A DNA stretch of 55,500 nt from Chiloscyllium plagiosum (lineage: Eukaryota): contig NC_057719.1 in the NCBI RefSeq assembly GCF_004010195.1, forward strand, positions 9,064,333 through 9,119,832. The letters run 5' to 3'. Position numbers and translations under genes: made by a program. Under the pieces are notes generated by a model. That model was not told the DNA's origin. It saw nothing but the letters and a program-made list of their open reading frames with translations, and ran no database searches. Positions 13,025-25,528 of the stretch are shown here, piece by piece (position 1 is the stretch's first letter; each line of letters starts with the position of its first letter).

Positions 13025-14415
13025 GTCAGCACCTCATTTTCTGCTTGGGGATCCTACAGCCCTCTGGACTCAATATACAGTTCAATAAACTTACGGCTCC
13101 CAACTCCCACCCTCCATAACATAGAGTCATAGAGTCATAAAGATGTACAGCATGGAAACAGACCCTTCGGTCCAACCTGTCCATGCCGACCAGATATCCC
13201 AACCCAATCTAGTTCCACCTGCCAGCACCTGGCCCATATCCCTCAAAACCCTTCCTATTCATATACACATCCAAATTCCTTTTAAATGTTGCAATTGTAC
13301 CAGCCTCCACCACTTCCTCTGGCAGCTCATTCCATACACGTACCACCCTCTGAGTGAAACCGTTGCCCCTTGGGTCTCTTTTATATCTTTCCCCTCTCAC
13401 CCTAAACCTATGCCCTCTTGTTCTGGACTCCCCGATCCCAGGGAAAAGACTTCATCTATTTATCCTATCCATGCCCCTCATAATTTTGTAAACCTCTATA
13501 AGGTCACCCCTCAACCTCCGACGCTCCAGGGAAAACAGCCCCAGCCTGTTCAGCCTCTCCCTATAGCTCAAATCCTCCAATCCTGGCAACATCCTTGAAA
13601 AGCTTTTCTGAACCCTTTCAAGTTTCACAACATCTTTCCGATAGGAAGGAGACCATAATTGCACGCATTATTTTAAAAGTGGCCTAGCCAACGTCCTGTA
13701 CAGCCGCAACATGACCTCCCAACTCCTGTACTAAATGCTCTGACCAATAAAGGAAAGCATACCAAATGCCTTCTTCACTATCCTATCTACCTGCAATTCC
13801 ACTTTCAAGGAGCTATGAATCTGCACTCCAAGGTCTCTTTGTTCAGCAACACTCCCTAGGACCTTACCATTAAGTGTATAAGTCCTGCTAAGATTTGCTT
13901 CCCCAAAATGCAGCACCTCGCATTTATTTGAATTAAACTCCATCTGCCACTTCTCAGCCCATTGGCCCATCTGGTCCAGATCCTGTTGTAATCTGAGGTA
14001 ACATATAGTCTGCTATTACAAAAAATCCATTGTTAGCCAGTAACAGTCCCCATTAATAGCTATTCACCCTCCAAGCCAGATCACTATCCAATCCTTTGTC
14101 TGTCTAACTGCCCTTCTCTCGCGTTGGGCTCTATCCCCACCTATATTTACTCCTTACCTCCTCCCCCACCCTATCTTCTGCATATAAACTGACATGCTTC
14201 AGTGTCAAGGACTCTCTATTTGTGACAGAGAGGGGACTGACTCTGAATTGGCTGCCCACAGTCAGTGTGCATAAAAAAGGAATGGAGAAAAATTAAACTG
14301 ACACACTCCTAGTTACCAACAGCTCTGAGGGAGAGTCATTGGACCCAAAACGTCAACTGATTTCTCTCCTCAGATGCTGCCAGGCCTGCTGAGTTTTTCC
14401 AGTAATTTCTGTTCT
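13025..14415 (+). mobile_element. Penelope-like element 3' fragment (GIY-YIG C-terminus + terminal repeat), split by a CR1
   Basis: HLIFCLGILQPSGLNIQFN at about 13030-13090 matches the PLE peptide at 49.9 kb. The element resumes at about 14005 and ends in GATGCTGCCAGGCCTGCTGAGTTTTTCCAG. Confidence 0.65.
13124..13998 (-). mobile_element. Young 5'-truncated CR1 LINE
   Basis: ORFs WAEKWQMEFNSNKCEVLHFG, VVKLERVQK, VWNELPEEVVEAG; (GAGTCATA)n tail; TAACATA repeated at both flanks (TSD). Confidence 0.95.
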
Positions 14416-14894
14416 TGCTTCTACTTCCCTCTTGGTCAGGGCACCTCTGAGTTGATTTTATGACTGTTATTCGGTTCAGGGTGAGCCCTCCATCCCCTAT
14501 TGTGGGAGAAAGCAGCTCCTTAGTCCCAGCATCACCACCGGCAATGATGGCCCATGCAGACACTGAGGTCAATGTGGGAGTTTCTGACCAGGATGGTCAT
14601 CAGACGGGTCGAAGGATTGAGGATGGTGAGTATGCTGGAGGGAGCAAGGCCTACATTAGGCACAGGTTCATTGAGCAGGGGCCACTTTTCTTAACATGGC
14701 CACCAGGGTTAGCCTTGCCTTCTAGCACAGAATCCTTTTGTCAGCCGCTGGTAAAGTTCCATGAGGTGGGGCAAGTGATGGGCAAACCATGAACACCTGA
14801 TTTGATGCACCACTTCCCTCACATCCCCAACTCACCCTCTGGCCAGCTCACTCCTGCACGCCATGCGTAGGGAGCCTTTGGTGGTGGGGATGAG

Positions 14895-15010
14895 GGGGGA
14901 AGAGATGGAAAGATCGCATCGGAAAGATGGCACCTCCAGCACCTCAACATGCCCTCAGTATTGCTCTGGCACAGTATTTCTGTGCCCGAATCTCTGCCTT
15001 GGGACATGGG
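14895..15010 (-). mobile_element. Deu-domain SINE fragment
   Basis: Reverse complement of TGCTGGAGGTGCCATCTTTCCGATG; further copies at 32170-32370 (+), 39430-39545 (-) and 42380-42670 (+). Confidence 0.6.
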
Positions 15011-15574
15011 AGAGAAATAGGATTACTCGCTGAGTGGCTATTGAGGTGTGTCCCCAAACTCAATTCAGCCAAAGGCATTGTTCAGCAGTAGATGATTTGC
15101 AAGTTGCTCAGTATTGCGCAGAGTCAAATACGAGGAAGATGTTTTCAGGAAAGCATAGAGACAGATACTGAAATAGGAAAAAAAAACCTACCCAAATATA
15201 GGAATAATCTAAAACAGATTGCGAGTCATTTAATATCTGTACTAAGCAGTGGGCATTTTCTCTTTCAGGAGCAAGACAATTTCCATTTAATCTAATTTAC
15301 TGAGACACACAGTCCCAGGGATGGTCAGTGAACTATACTGAGACTTGGAGTTAATCCATCAAGACACTGCAGGGTTTGGCTTTCTGAGAAAGTAATTAGT
15401 CTGGCTGAGGGATGGAATGGATTGCAAGTCCATTAAGAGCACAGTCACGTTTTCTCATACCAGTTTCATGCTTATTGTTTAGTTTGTGCAATCTAGGAAT
15501 TGTGAGGCTGTGCACTGGGTACGTGGGAGCACAGTGATAATGTCACTGGACCAGGGGGACAAATACACAAGTTC

Positions 15575-15940
15575 AGTGGTGAGCACTGCTGCCTCACAGC
15601 ACGAGGGTCCCGGGTTTGATTCCACCCTTGGGTGACTACGTGGAGTTTGCACATCCTCTCCATGGCTGCATGGGCTTCCTCTGAGTGCTCCAGGTTCCAC
15701 CCACAGTCCAAAGATGTGCACATTAGGTGGATCGGACATGGGAAATTGTCCAGAGATGTGCAGGTTAGGTGGATTGGCCAAGCTAAATTGGCCCATGATA
15801 TCCAGGATAGGGATCAGCCATGGAAAATGCAGGGTTATATGAATAGGATCGGGGTTCTGGGTAAGATGCTCTTTGGAGGGTCAGTGAAGTCTCGATTGCC
15901 CTAATGTCCTCTAAGTGCACTGTAGGGATTCTATGATTCT
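15575..15940 (+). mobile_element. HE1-type SINE nested in a second tRNA-SINE family (15520-16460)
   Basis: HE1 body; the flanks carry GGAAATCTGCCATCCTTACCTGGTCTG of the second SINE family. Confidence 0.85.
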
Positions 15941-16214
15941 CCAGGGACCTGGGGGTTCAACTCCCATCATGGGATATGTGATTCCTGAATTCAGTAGATT
16001 CTGAAATTAAAAAATGTACGCTTATTGATGACCATGTAAGCATTGCTTTTTGTTGGTTAAAACAAAACCCATGTGGTTTACAAATATTTTTCAGGAAGGA
16101 AATCTGCCATCCTTACCTGGTCTGACCTACGTGAATTCAGCCCAACAACAACAACATGGTTGTCACTTCATGGCCCTCTGAGGAATTAAGGGTGGGTAAT
16201 AAATGCTGGAACAA

Positions 16215-16425
16215 ATTATCTCAGATACTGGAGATCACAGCAGGTCAGACAGCATCCCTGGAGAAAGAGCAAGCCAACGTTTCGAGTCTCGGTGACTCCT
16301 CTTCAGGGCTGGCTTCTGATGGGTTCTCCAGCCCTGAAGAGTATTCTGGGCTCAAAACATTAGCTTGTTCTCTCTCTGTGGATGCCGTCTGACCACTGTG
16401 GCCTCCAGCATTCGTTGTTTTCAGT
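16215..16425. mobile_element. Palindromic PLE-derived insert with two opposed hammerhead cores
   Basis: Arms CTGGAGATCACAGCAGGTCAGACAGCATCC..GAGAAAGAGCAAGC / GCTTGTTCTCTCTC..GGATGCCGTCTGACCACTGTGGCCTCCAG. Confidence 0.75.
16272..16310 (-). ncRNA. Minimal type-I hammerhead ribozyme core (intact)
   Basis: The minus strand reads AGCC-CTGAAGA-G-GAGTC-ACCGA-GACTC-GAAA-C-GTT-GGCT: stem I AGCC/GGCT, stem II 5 bp, palindromic AACGTT stem III, GUU cleavage triplet. Confidence 0.7.
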
Positions 16426-16699
16426 AATAAAGGCTGGGCTTACCAGAGATACCCACATCCTGCAAATGAATTTCTGGAAAGTAAACATGGTGATTCTAAC
16501 ACAAAAGTAACAAAGACCTCTCTACACAGGAACAGTCACAACTGGGGAGGTCTGAACCATAATGTAGAGTGGGGAGACAAGAGGCTATCCATTGGTTCCA
16601 TGTTTACTCATTATTGATAAATATTTCCATAGATTGGTGTAAAGAGAATAAGGACATTGGAGGGCTGAAACTTGCCATGGGATTTTACATGTAGAACAG

Positions 16700-17577
16700 T
16701 AAAGTCATAGAGTCCCATAGCACACAGACAAACCCTTTGGCCTAAACTGGTCCATGCCAACCAAAATGTTCATCCAAAGTAACCTCATTTCCCTGCACTT
16801 GGCCCATATCCTTCTAACCCTTTCCTAGGGTGGCATGGTGGCTCAGTAGTTTGCACTGCTGCCTCACAGTGCCAGGGACCTGGGTTTGATTCCAGCCTCA
16901 GGTAACTATCCGTGTGGAGTTTGCACATTCTCCCCGTGTCTGCGTGGGTTTCCTTCGGGTGCTCCGGTTTACTCCCACAGTCACAAAGATATGCAGGTCA
17001 GGTGAATTGGCTGTGCTAAATTGCCTGTAGTTAAGTGCATTAGTCAGGGATAAACATAGGGAATGAGTCTGGGTGGGTTACTCTTCAGAGGGTTGGTGTG
17101 GACTTGTTGGGCCGAAGGGTATGTTTCCACACTGTAGGGAATCTAATCTATCCGTGTAGTTGTTCAAATGCCTTGCAAATGTTGTTAATGTACCCACTTC
17201 CTCAGGCAGCTCATTCCATGTGCATACCAACCTCTGTGTAAAAACATTGCCCCTCAGGTTCCCTTTTATTCTTTCCCCTCTCACCTTAAGCTGATGACCT
17301 CTCGTCCTCGATTCCCCAACCCTGCGAAAAGACTGAATGCATTCCCTCTATCCATGCCTCTCATAATTTTATATACTTGTATAGGATCCCCCCCTCAGTC
17401 TCCTGCACTTAAAGAGAAAAGTCCTAGCTTGTCCAACATCTCTCTATAACTCAGACCCTTGAGTCCTGGCAATATCCTTTTATAAATTTCTTCTGCACTC
17501 TTTCCAGTTTAATAACATCCTTCCTATAGTAAGGTGATCAAAACTGAACACAATACTCCAAGTGTGGCCTCACCATA
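16700..17577 (-). mobile_element. CR1 LINE 3' fragment (contains an HE1 SINE at 16828-17150; resumes at about 18503-18550)
   Basis: Reverse ORF ..GNVFTQRLVCTWNELPEEV; tail at about 16700. Confidence 0.88.
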
Positions 17578-18500
17578 AGTGTGAGGTCTTGCAATTTGAA
17601 AAGTCAAATCAAGGTAGGGTTTCATGCAGAATGGCTCTTTCCAGTTTAATAACATCCTTCCTATAGTAAGGTGATCAAAGTACTCCAAGTGTGGCCTCAC
17701 CATAAGTGTGAGGTCTTGCAATTTGAAAAGTCAAATCAAGGTAGGGTTTCATGCAGAATGGTAGGGCCTTAAGGAATGCAGTGGAGCAGAGAGACGTTGG
17801 AGTTCAGGTGCATTATTCTCTGAAATTGGAATCACAGGGAGACAGGGCAGTGAGGAAGGCTTTTGGCCCACTGGCCTTCATCAGTCAGGGCACTGAGTAT
17901 AGAAGTTGGGAAGTTATGTTTCAATTGTACAGGACGTTGGTGAGGCCACACTTGAAGCATTGTGTTCAGTTTTGGTCACCGTGCTATAGAAAGAATGTTA
18001 TTAAACTGGAAAGAGTGCAGAAGGAGTTTATAAGGATGTTGCCGGGACTCAGTAGTCTGAGTTATAGGGAGAGGTTAGGTGGGTTGGGACATTTTTATTT
18101 AGAGTGTAGGAGACTGACGGGTTAACTTATACAAATATATAAGATCATGAGAGGCATGGATAGGGTGAATGCACTCAGTCTTTTTTCCCAGGGTTGGGGA
18201 ATCGCGGACTGGAGGGCATCAGTTTAAGGTTAGAGGGAAAAGAATAAATGGAAACCTCAGGGGCAACTTCTTTTACACCGAGAGTGGTACGCATATGGAA
18301 TGAGCTGCCTGAGGAAGTGGTTGAGACAGCTACATTAACGACATTTAAAAGGCATTTGAACAAATACATGGATAGGAAAAATTCAGAATGATATGGGCCA
18401 AGTGCAGGGAAATGGGGTTAGCGTGAATGGGCATTTTGGTCAGCATGGACCAATTGGGGCTGAAGGGCCTGTCTGCGTGCTGTAGGACTCTAAGACTCTG
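17578..18500 (+). mobile_element. CR1 LINE 3' fragment inserted antisense into a related CR1
   Basis: ORF 17751-18125 ..LYRTLVRPHLKHCVQFWSP..KLERVQK; GACTCTAAGACTCT tail. Confidence 0.92.
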
Positions 18501-19379
18501 ATCAACATCTTGGACAACTGCAACATAACTTCCCAACTTCTACGCTCATTTATTGTAATTTATCTATTGTTATATGTACGCATGAAAATACAGCAAAATG
18601 TGTACAAGTCGCCATAATCTGGCACCCTTTCAATTACACAAATTATTAAATAAATCATACAAAGTTAGGACAAATTCCATTTCTTTTATTCCATCTGCAG
18701 CTCCTTGATTTCCTAAGTAGCTATAGGATACTGCATATCTGCCAAACTATTCCCTGAGGCTACAGCAGCCTGTTTCCATGCTGTATTACTCTATGACTCT
18801 AACTCCAAGGAGGCAGCACACTGAAGTAGCTCCCTCCACCGCTAACCGGACCCAGAATGCTGCCTCTGTTAAAGCTGCCTCATCGCCGCTGATACCCATC
18901 TACCGCTAAGAGACTTGAGCCAACTCTCAAGAGTTGAGGCCCATTCTCAACTTCCCAGGACCATCCAAATTAACTCCTGAGGACCGAGAGATCATTTACT
19001 CTGCCGCTATTGTGGGTGCCACCAAAACATCAGAGGAAGACAACAGACCCCAATCCATCAACCCTGGAACAGCCATGATCATCATGGGCATGGGAAGGGA
19101 CCAGATTCACCAATCAACAGCTCCCTGCAACCTCTCTCCAGCACTGCAGCCACAGAAGGAATACCAATTTGAATCCAAAAGTAAAATGAAGAAACTAAAA
19201 TTTAAGAAAACGGGTGCAGCTGGTCACATGAGGGAGCAGATGAGACCCAGGAGCATGAACACCTCTTACCCTGTTGCCTCTGCCATCTTGATAGCAGATA
19301 GAGCGATGTAAAACTATAGCACCAGCAATCAAGCAGCCTCCATTACCATAAAGCTGCAGAAATTGAGAGGTGGAGGGAT

Positions 19380-20065
19380 TTTCTTTTTAAATCACGAGGG
19401 CCAGTGTTTGTGGTCCATCCCTAACTGCAGTTGCACTGAGTGGCTCATTCTGCCACTTCAGAGAGTATCGATAAGTCAGTAACATTACTGTGCATTTGGA
19501 GTCACACGTAGGCTAGAATAGGGAAGGATGGCAGATCTTCTTCCCCTGAAAGGATATTAATGAACCAGACGGGTTTATATTGATGATGGCTCATAGCTTT
19601 GTGCTCATCATCACCGAGAGTAGCTTCCAATTCCAGATTTACACCTTGAAGTGAAATTTTACCAGTTGTCGCAATGGGGTTTGAGTCCATGACCCCAGAA
19701 AATAATGCGGGTGACTAAATTCACAAGAGGTGGGAGAGGTGATAGCCTAGTGGTATTGTAGCTGGACTGTTAATCCAGAGACCCAGGTAATATTCTGGGG
19801 ACCAGGTTCAAATCCCATTACAGCAGATAGTGGAATGTGAATTTGAATTCAACAAAAATCTGGAACTAAGACCATAAATTGATTGTTGGGAAAAAAAACC
19901 TATCTGGCTCACTAATGTTCTTTAGAGACGGAAGCTGCCATCCTTACCTGGTCTGGCCTACCTGTGACTCCAGACCCACAGCAATGTAGTTGACTCTTAA
20001 CTGTCCTCTGGGCAATAAATGCTGGTCGAGCCAGCAACACTTCATCCCATGAATGAATCTTAACA
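19380..20065. mobile_element. Two head-to-head copies of a tRNA-SINE with L2-like tail
   Basis: 19380-19700 (-) and 19735-20065 (+), sharing CTGCCATCCTT(A)CC...GGCCTAC.TGTGACTCCA. Confidence 0.7.
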
Positions 20066-20329
20066 AAAAGACAGAGCTGTGTCACCAATCCACCTGAGTC
20101 AGAGAGTTAACAGCTGTTGGCTTCTCAGTCGAACCTGAGAAGACTTTTAGATCATTTACGGCTGAGGGGTCTGCAAAGTTAGGGGAGTCCCTGCAAAATG
20201 TCCGGCTCCCCTCCCATTGTCACTGTCTCAAAAAAGACAGAGGATTTGTGTAGAATTTGGGTGGAACTTCAATTACTTTTGCGCATTATAGGATATAGAA
20301 TCACCGAGAAAAAAAAAAGCAAAGTAAGA

Positions 20330-21180
20330 TTTACAAGAATGACATCAGCACAAAGTTGTTACAATGATTAGGAGCAGGTTGGTCCTAAAGATACACACTG
20401 GAGGGCAGTCACTGTCGGGTCCAGAGAAGGTTCACACACCTGATACCAGATATGGAGAGATTGTCTTATGAGGAGACACTGAGTGGATTGGAACTGTACT
20501 CATTGGGATACCAAAGGATCAGAGGCAACTTTATTGAAACATAAAAGATTGTTATGGAACCTGACAGGGTAGATATGGAATGGTTGTTTCACCTTGTGAG
20601 AGTGTCTCTGACCAGAGGGAATGATCCCAAAATAAGGAGATACGCATTTAAGACAGAGATGAGGATGAATCCCTTCTCTCAGAGAATAATGAATCGGCAG
20701 AATTCTTTATCACCGAGAGGCGGGTGTTAGATTCATAGATACCCATTTGGCCCATAGTGACCCTCTAAAGAGCATTCCACCCAGACCCACTCCCTATAGT
20801 CCTGAAATTCCCCATAGCTAATTAATATGACCTGTACAACTTGGGACTGTGGGAGGAAACCAGAGCATCCAGAGGAAACCCATGCAGACACGAGGAGAAT
20901 GTGCAAACTCCACACAACCATGAGGGTGGAATTGAACCCAGGTCTCTGTCACCTTGAGGCAACGGTGCTAACTACTGAGCCATCATACCACTCTGGAAGG
21001 TCATTAAGTATATGCAAGGCTGAGACAAACAGACTTTGAATCAGTGAGGGAAACAAGGGTTGCCAGGTAAAGGCAGAAAATGCAGTTCAAGATTACAAGG
21101 ACAGCCATGGCTTCATTGAATGTTGGGGCAGACTCAATGGGCTCAATGGCCTCCTTCTGAATCGATTTCTTCGGGTCATA
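20330..21180 (+). mobile_element. CR1 3' fragment with HE1 SINE (-) inserted at about 20728-20990
   Basis: VQRRFT..IP, LYSL..RGNFIET motifs; reverse-complement HE1 sequence in the middle. Confidence 0.8.
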
Positions 21181-21684
21181 TGAATGTACTGTTCTCTATG
21201 CCACCCAGTGGTGATGCTCCCAGGCAATGTGTTTCAGGTTATACTTATTCCATCGGGTGGGTAACAGATCTCCTCATCATCTCAAACCTATGTCTTTGGA
21301 ACATTGACCATCCTGCCAGTGGAAACAGTCTCTCCTTGGTTACCCACTCAAACCATTTTCCCTCTCCAATTAGGGGAACAGTACCAGCTTCTCTCAGCTC
21401 ATCCCACGTTTCCTGGTGCCATTCCAATAAATGGTCAGTGTAATCTCAAAATTCTATTTTTCCTTTTGATCACAGTCTTTTTTTCCTTTTCAAAGCCACA
21501 ATTATAGCCATTACTCAGGAGGATAATTAATCTTTAAATGCAGTACAATTATCACCGGCATTTACTTCATCATTCTGGACAGTGTGAACTATTGTTGCAG
21601 CAAACAGCCACTGAAAAGAATCCTTTTCCTCTGCTCACCCACTTGAGTCCTTCTCAATACAGATTCACGTTCTTTAATAAGACA

Positions 21685-22046
21685 CGTGTGTGCATGTGTG
21701 TGTGTGTGTGAGAGAGAGAAAGAGAATGAGTATGAGTGTGAGAGAGAGAGAAAGAGAGAGAGAGAAACAATGTGTGCGTGCGCCCTGTGTGTGAATGGCA
21801 GTGTGTATGTGTGTGTGTATGTCTATATGCATGTGTCAGTGTGTATGTGTATCAATCTGTGTCTGCATGAATGTGTCAGCATGTGTCTGCATGTTTGAGT
21901 GTATGCATGTGCAGTGTGTCTGTCTGCATGTGCCAGTGTGTTAATCTGTGTGACTGCGTGTGTGTATCAGCATACATGTGCATGTTAATGTGAGTGCCTG
22001 TGTGTGTTTGTGGCTGTGTGCACATATATGTGTCAGTGCATGCGTG
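21685..22046. repeat. (GT)/(GA) compound degenerate microsatellite
   Basis: Seen directly. Confidence 0.9.
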
Positions 22047-22109
22047 TCCATCCTGGGCAAAAGGCAGTCCATCTTCTCTTTCCTGGGCAGTGCTGATTAG
22101 TGTTGTTAA

Positions 22110-23440
22110 ATTGTTAGAAACAGCCCATATTAGGTTATTAAATAAGATGAGCACACATGGTGTTGGAGGTGACATAGTAGCATGGATAGAGGCTAACTAA
22201 CAAAAGACAGAGATTTTAGGTAAATGAACGGGAATCTGTAACTCGTGATGTATCACAGGAATCAATGCTGGGGCCACAATGCTTTACAATACATATTAAT
22301 GACTTGGATGAAGGAAGTGACTGTATTATAGCCAAGTTTGTTCAGAAGGCAAGTGGTGAGGATGATACAAAGAGTCTGCAGCAGGATATAGAAGGGTAAA
22401 GTGACGAGGTAAAACCTGGCAGATGGAACATAACATGGGGAAATGTGAGTTTCTGCACTTTGGAAGGAAAAATGAGGAGCTGAATATTATTTAAATATAG
22501 AAAAACTGTGGAACACAGGGATTTGAAGGTTCACGTGCATGAACTTCATAAAGCTAGCATCCAAGTTCAGGAGAGAAAGCAAATGGAATATTGGCGTTTG
22601 TTTCCAAGGAAATGCAGTTTAAAAAGTAGGAAGGTTTTTATGTTAGTATACAAGGCACAAGTCAGACTGCGGCAGGAATACTAGAAGAAAGTGAGGGTGG
22701 CAGATGCTGGAGATCAGAGTCAAAAAGTGTGGTGCTGGAAAAGCGCAGCCAGTCAGGCAGCATCCGAGGAGCAGGAGAGTCGATGAGAGGAATTCCTGAT
22801 GAAGAGCTTATGCTTGAAACGTCGACTCTCCTGCTCCTCGGCTGCTGCCTGACTGGCTGCGTTCTTCCAGCACCATGTTTTATGACTCTGCAGCAGGAAT
22901 ACTGTGAACAGTTTCGAGTCCCATAGCTAAGGAAAGATATTCTGGCAGTGGACGTAGTTCAGGGAAGATTCACTAGCTGATACCAGGTATGCAGGGACTG
23001 TCTTATAAGGAGAGGCCGAGTTGTTTGGGCCTGTACTCATTGGAATTTAGAAGAATAAGGGGTGACCTTTATCAAAACATACAAGATTCTTCGAGAACGT
23101 GGTAGGGTAGAGGTGGAAATGTTGTTTCCCGCTGAGGGGGAGTCTAAACCCAGAGGGCATAATTTCAGAATAAGGTTTCACACATTTAAGACAGAGATGG
23201 GGAAGAATTTCTTCTCTCAGGAGAGCGTAGCGAATCTGTAGAATTGCTTGCTTCAGAGGGCTTTTGAGGCTGGGTCATTAAGTGTATTCAAGGAAAGATA
23301 AAGACAGATTTTTAATCAAATCAGTCAGGGAATCAAAGCTTATGGGGAAAATGCAGGCAAGTGGAGCTGCATACGATCAGATCAGCATCTGATGGTGCAG
23401 CAGACTCAATGGGCTGAATGGCCCACTCCTGAATCTCATG
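22110..23440 (+). mobile_element. Old CR1 RT fragment
   Basis: HGVGGDIVAWIE, QESMLGPQ..YINDLD, WQMEHN..KCE.LHFG motifs. Confidence 0.85.
22685..22890. mobile_element. Palindromic PLE-derived insert with hammerhead core (22796-22823, +)
   Basis: About 70-bp inverted arms around CTGATGA-A-GAGC-TTAT-GCTT-GAAAC-GTC. Confidence 0.8.
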
Positions 23441-24221
23441 GCTGGCCAGTTCTGGTGAGCTGGCAAGCTGAATACTCATGCTTCTTCCTCACTTGAGCAT
23501 TACCATGGTTTTTGGCTTCCATAGAGAAGCTATGTAAAGGTTTTGTAGGCTGGTCCATAATATCAAATCAAATGGGATCCTCGATGAGTTGGTAAGTTGC
23601 ATAAGAAAGTTAACTTAGTCACAGAAGGCAGAGGTAGTTTGAGGGTGTCGAGGAGTGTTTTTTCCGACTGGAGGTCTGTGACCAGTGGTGTTCACAAGGA
23701 TCAGTGCTGGGAACCCCTGTTGTTTGAATGATAAAATGTGAATGATGTTTTAACCGAAACATCATAAGACAAAATGAAGGAAGTTAAATCTTAACTTTAC
23801 TTGTTGTTTATTTGGCAAAAATTATGCAATGCATATTTTCTGTGCTACAGTATCTCATCTGAGAAATGCCATTTGAAGTCTGTCAACATATTTTTATTAA
23901 TTATGTGTTGAAAGCTGTACGATTTATGAATATTAACATATTTTAGGTCAGATTTAAATGAGTGGTAGAAATGTGATAGTCATGTTTTGTGAAGGGGATT
24001 AAAAATAACTAGGTCAGACTTTACAGAACCCTAGTTTTAAACCACTGTGCCTCCTGAAGTATTAATGAAAATTTGCTTTAATTGTGGTTTACAACCAGAG
24101 AGAGAAAATTTTGAGCCATTAATTTAGCAGAGATTAGGATGAGCAAGATTTTCTTTACAATTAGTTTAAAAGCTTTTGGGTTCAGTTCAAAAGATGACAA
24201 AGGGCAGAACCAAATACAGTC

Positions 24222-24438
24222 AACAGAGTCGTGCTGGAAAAGCACAGCAGGTCAGCAAGCTGCATCTGAGGTGCAGGAGAATCGACGTTTCGGGCAAAAG
24301 CCCTCCATTCCTGATGAAGGGCTTATACCTGAAATGTTGATTTTCCTGCTCCTCAGATGTTGCCTGACCTGCTGTCCTTTTCCAGCATCGCACACTCGGC
24401 TCTAATCTCCAGCATTTGCAGTCTTCACTTTCTCCTAG
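24222..24438. mobile_element. Palindromic PLE-derived insert
   Basis: GTGCTGGAAAAGCACAGCAGGTCAG...CGTTTCGGGCAAAAGCCC | TTCCTGATGAAGGGC...CCTGCTGTCCTTTTCCAGCA. Confidence 0.8.
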
Positions 24439-24689
24439 CAGAACCAGATATAGTCAGTCTTAGCAAAAGACTCCTCGAAGCAGTTAAGGAAGTAGGTGAC
24501 TTCATTGAAACACTAGTTTGTGAAACTTCCATTCCAGAGGTGTTAGAAGTCTGCTGATTATTAAACAACTGAAAAAGTTTAAGCTCTCAGTTGTCTGAGC
24601 AGTTAAGCTGTTCCTCATCCTCAGAAGAATCCACATGCTCAACCAACGCGGTTTCTCTAGCTTATCAGACACATCCTGAGCAGTTAAGG

Positions 24690-24845
24690 AGAAAGCTGAA
24701 AATGTGTTGCTGGAAAAGCACAGCAGGTCAGGCAGCATCCAAGGAGCAGGAGAATCGATGGGGAGGGGAAATGAGGAAACTGGAGAAATCTGAGTTCATC
24801 CCTTGTGATTGGAAGGTTCCTAGGCAGAAGATGAGGCGCTCTTCT
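24690..24845 (-). mobile_element. PLE fragment (GIY-YIG tail fused to terminal repeat)
   Basis: Minus-strand EERLIFCLGTFQSQGMNSDFSSF. Confidence 0.75.
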
Positions 24846-25191
24846 GTGAGAGTGTTGTCCTGAGCTGGGGTAGGTCTACTTGCAGGGAATGTAGGTAGCG
24901 GCGCTTGGCTGCAAGTGTGGAGCGAAGGATCCGGAGGGAGGACTGTTGCTGGAGGCTTCGGATTTGTTGTAGGTACTGGTTGTCCTGGTTGGGTCCAAAT
25001 TTCTGAGAGAGTGTTGTCCTGAAGGCCTAGCAACTCATGGATCCAGAATGAGAAGAGTCAGTTAAAACAAACCCAAATTCAATAGGGGAAATATTTCTCT
25101 GGATTTTGGGATGACTGTTATATGATGGTGTTGGGAAATGGATGCAATTTTGTATTGCCATGTGTTTTGGAATCTATCAATCTGTATTGTG

Positions 25192-25528
25192 CAGGTAGAC
25201 AACCCTTCATCTGAAATCCAAAACGCTCCAAAATCCGAAGATTTTTTGTGAAGTTTTTATCTCATTGTCACGGTTATGTGGTGTGCAAACAGTTCACCCA
25301 ACTTCACACCCATTTGATGCGTGTCACTCAGATGTGACGTGGGGGGTGTGGCCCAGCACTGGCAGGCCTCAATTCTGTCTCAGGGCCCGTTACTCACAGG
25401 GAGTCTGCTGTTCAATAAGATTTTTAAAATGTTACCGTTGAACTGTCACTTATTCCCGAAATTCAAAAAATTCTGAATTCTGTAAACCAGCTGGTCCTGA
25501 GCATTTTGGATAAAGGATTGTGTACCTG
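25192..25528. mobile_element. Tigger4/MER46-like MITE
   Basis: Ends CAGGTAGACAACCCTTCATCTGAAATCCAAAACGCTCCAAAATCCGAA / CTGGTCCTGAGCATTTTGGATAAAGGATTGTGTACCTG followed by TA; resembles MER46 termini as I recall them. Confidence 0.75.

Noticed and set aside
14460..14792. 110-aa ORF, and a minus-strand PSTR motif as a possible LNS6 exon
   Set aside because: No TYIF/WP.NDRPSTR.DRLA.GF context and no homology recognised.
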